DNA of 9,129 bases from Azolla caroliniana (taxonomy: Eukaryota > Plantae > Polypodiophyta): NCBI GenBank assembly GCA_043228905.1, contig JBHGNT010001385.1, positions 1 through 9,129 of the forward strand, written 5' to 3'. Positions 7,335-9,129 of the stretch are shown here, piece by piece. The stretch's first letter is position 1; each line of letters begins with the position of its first letter. A program made the translations under genes and the position numbers. A model generated the notes under the pieces. That model saw only the letters and a list, made by a program, of their open reading frames with translations, was not told the DNA's origin and did not search any database.

Positions 7335-8639
7335 CTGATTCTCTTTGCCGGCCTTGCCGGATCCGGATCTGTCCAAATCGGCGCACTTCTTCCAACACTC
7401 ATTTTCTCTGTGGCCCTTTTTACCACAATACCAGCATCCCGTGTCGGCCTTTGCTTGCCGAACTCCGGCGCCGCCTTGACTCCCCTTACTTGTGGAGGGT
7501 CCAAAATTGTTGTCGGCACGTTCTTTGTGCCTTCGGTCCTGCTCTTGCTGGCCGCTACCATTGCGACCCGACCCGCCTCGTCCACCACAACCACGGGGTC
7601 GATCCGCCTCCATGTACAACATCCGACTGTCGGTGGGTGCACTTGTTGACGCACCGGCGTGGTTCTCCTCTATAAGGAGCATCGACTGTAAGTCGAAAAA
7701 TGACGGCGTATTCTCTCTTGTACAGACAACCGTTTGGAAAGCTCCGAACTTAGATGCTAACCCACCAAGACAAACCTGCACCATCTTGTCCTCCTCGATG
7801 TTCGCGTTGATAGAGGCGAGTGAGTTATAGATTTCTTTAATCTTGGTGGAGTCAGTCACCGACATATCTCGTTGTCGTACATTGCTCAACTCTTGCCTGA
7901 GTTGAAGTGAGGGTCCGGAATTGTTGTCGGCACGTTCTCTGTGCCTTTGGTCCTGCTCTTGCTGGCCGCTACCATTGCGACCCGACACGCCTTGTCCACC
8001 ACGACCACGGGGCCGATCCGCCTCCGTGTACAGCATCCGACTGTCGGTGGGTGCACTTGTTGACGCACCGGCGTGGTTCTCCTCTACAAGGAGCATCGAT
8101 TGTAAGTCGAAAAATGACGGCGTATTCTCTCTTGTACAGACAGCCGTTTGGAAAGCTCCGAACTTAGATGCTAACCCGCCAAGACAAACCTACACCATCT
8201 CGTCCTCCTCGACGTTCACGTTGACAGAGGCGAGTGAGTCGCAGATTTCTTTAATCTTGGTGGTGTAGTCAGTCATCGACATATCTCGTTGTCTTACATT
8301 GCTCAACTCTTGCCTGAGTTGAAGCTTCCTGGCTGTAGTGCTTGCGGCGAAGACATTTTTCAGATTTACCCAAGCTTCTTTGGGCGTCTTGGCGTCTCGA
8401 ATATGGCTCAACAGCTGGTCTCCGACACTTGATGCAAAGCAGTACATCACTTTGCTTGGTGCTTGTTCCCACACTAGGAAGTCCTTGTCTGCCGCATCAG
8501 GTGCTGTGTCGTTAGCTCCGTCGACATAGCTCCAGTAACCATGCCCAAGCAGGTACTAGTGCATCTTGTATGACCAAGATGTGTAGTTGGATCTGTCGAG
8601 CTTCTCGACTGGGAGCGAGCTAGCCATTCCTCTATCCAT
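7335..8639 (-). pseudogene. gag: Gag region (UBN2-like copia gag, RG-rich linker, CCHC zinc knuckle at 7436-7395)
   Basis: KLDRSNYTSW, AKTPKEAWVNLK and LRQELSNVRQ are copia-gag-like. CWYCGKKGHRENEC fits CX2CX4HX4C. Confidence 0.88.
7494..8324 (-). repeat. In-frame tandem duplication within gag (7908-8324, 417 bp; 7494-7907, 414 bp)
   Basis: The peptide LQLRQEL...ADNN(S/F)GPS occurs twice. Hand alignment shows ~24 substitutions and one 3-bp indel. Confidence 0.95.
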
Positions 8640-8710
8640 TTGTTTTTCCTGTTCTTCTTGGTTAGTTTTCTTTTCAAGCTATGTCGGCTGTAGAGGTTCT
8701 CAACCCTCGC

Positions 8711-8722
8711 GCTCTGATACCA
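8711..8722 (-). promoter_or_regulatory. Primer-binding site, initiator tRNA-Met
   Basis: Minus strand TGGTATCAGAGC, 2 nt after the LTR-terminal CA; the canonical plant iMet PBS. Confidence 0.95.
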
Positions 8723-8724
8723 TG

Positions 8725-9129
8725 TGAAAGAATACGTTGTGAGGAAGCAATAGAAAACCAAACATAGAAATGCAGGTTTAAAGCTGAGCTTGACAATACA
8801 CGAGAGAGACAGAGAAAGAGCAGAACAAGTTAAATCTATTACAAAACAATAATAGTTCTTTGTACATCAAATGTCCTCAATAGCACTATTTATACAAGTC
8901 CTAAGAGGATTGACAAAAGTGCCGCGTACTTCAATGCTCACTCGGGCGTTTAACACTAACTACGAGACTATTAACTACCTAGCAGTCTAGGCTACTACTA
9001 GACTTCCGGTTACTGTTGGATCCGGCTAATAGGCTCCCCAGCTCACCAGCCCACTTGCTCACCGACTCACTGATCCGGCTCATCCTTACGGATGTCGATC
9101 CGGCTCAGGCTTATTCAACTGATCCGGAT
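8725..9129 (-). repeat. 5' LTR, truncated by window edge (about 23 bp missing; expected end ~9152)
   Basis: Colinear with 2904-3267 at offset 5821, rising to 5862 after a net 41-bp insertion. TATAAATA at 8894-8887. Confidence 0.93.

Larger units (their letters stand above)
3285..8639 (-). pseudogene. gag-pol: gag-pol polyprotein pseudogene, one frame of 1785 codons with 10 internal stops
   Basis: Starts MDRGMASSLPVEKLDRSNYTSWSYKMH*YLLGHGYW at 8639. ORF-track pieces 8474, 8096, 7268, 5828, 5408 and 4337 share one frame. Stops at 8556, 8190, 7332, 5994, 5454, 4638, 4596, 4590, 4461 and 4377 (low coordinate). Terminal TGA lies inside the 3' LTR. Confidence 0.92.
2904..9129 (-). mobile_element. 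Ty1/copia LTR retrotransposon, near full length (~6.25 kb), inactivated by nonsense mutations
   Basis: Paired LTRs, iMet PBS, PPT, and domain order gag-PR-IN-RT-RNaseH (IN before RT is the copia order). Motifs WYVDSGASNHM, LYGLKQAPRAW, LLYVDDL and TKHIEVHYHF. Confidence 0.97.

Noticed and set aside
3453-8529. Plus-strand and alternate-frame ORFs over the copia interior (e.g. 3453-3986, 5503-6021, 7059-7649)
   Set aside because: Shadow ORFs of the gag-pol frame with no motifs of their own.
1-9129. Assigning host species or copia lineage
   Set aside because: PBS types and motifs indicate a plant, and the protein gives an impression of seed-free-plant copia elements, but this cannot be supported without a database search.

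Overview
This window looks like nested plant transposable-element DNA with no recognisable host gene. From 2904 to the window end lies a nearly complete minus-strand Ty1/copia LTR retrotransposon: 5' LTR at 8725->9129 (cut by the edge), tRNA-iMet PBS, a single gag-PR-IN-RT-RNaseH frame at 8639->3285 with 10 in-frame stops and no frameshift, PPT, and 3' LTR at 2904-3290. It has three unusual traits. Pol runs 210 codons past the normal copia 'LRG' end, with an identical PPT 12-mer at each end of the extension. Gag carries an in-frame 417/414-bp tandem duplication. The two LTRs differ more (~12%, many transversions) than the gag copies (~6%, almost all transitions), which hints at a chimera. Positions 1-909 hold the 5' end of a second minus-strand LTR element with a tRNA-Trp PBS and a ~750-bp LTR. 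Positions 910-2903 hold minisatellite-rich repeats in two inverted copies, a possible solo LTR and Helitron-like termini. All divergence counts are by hand.
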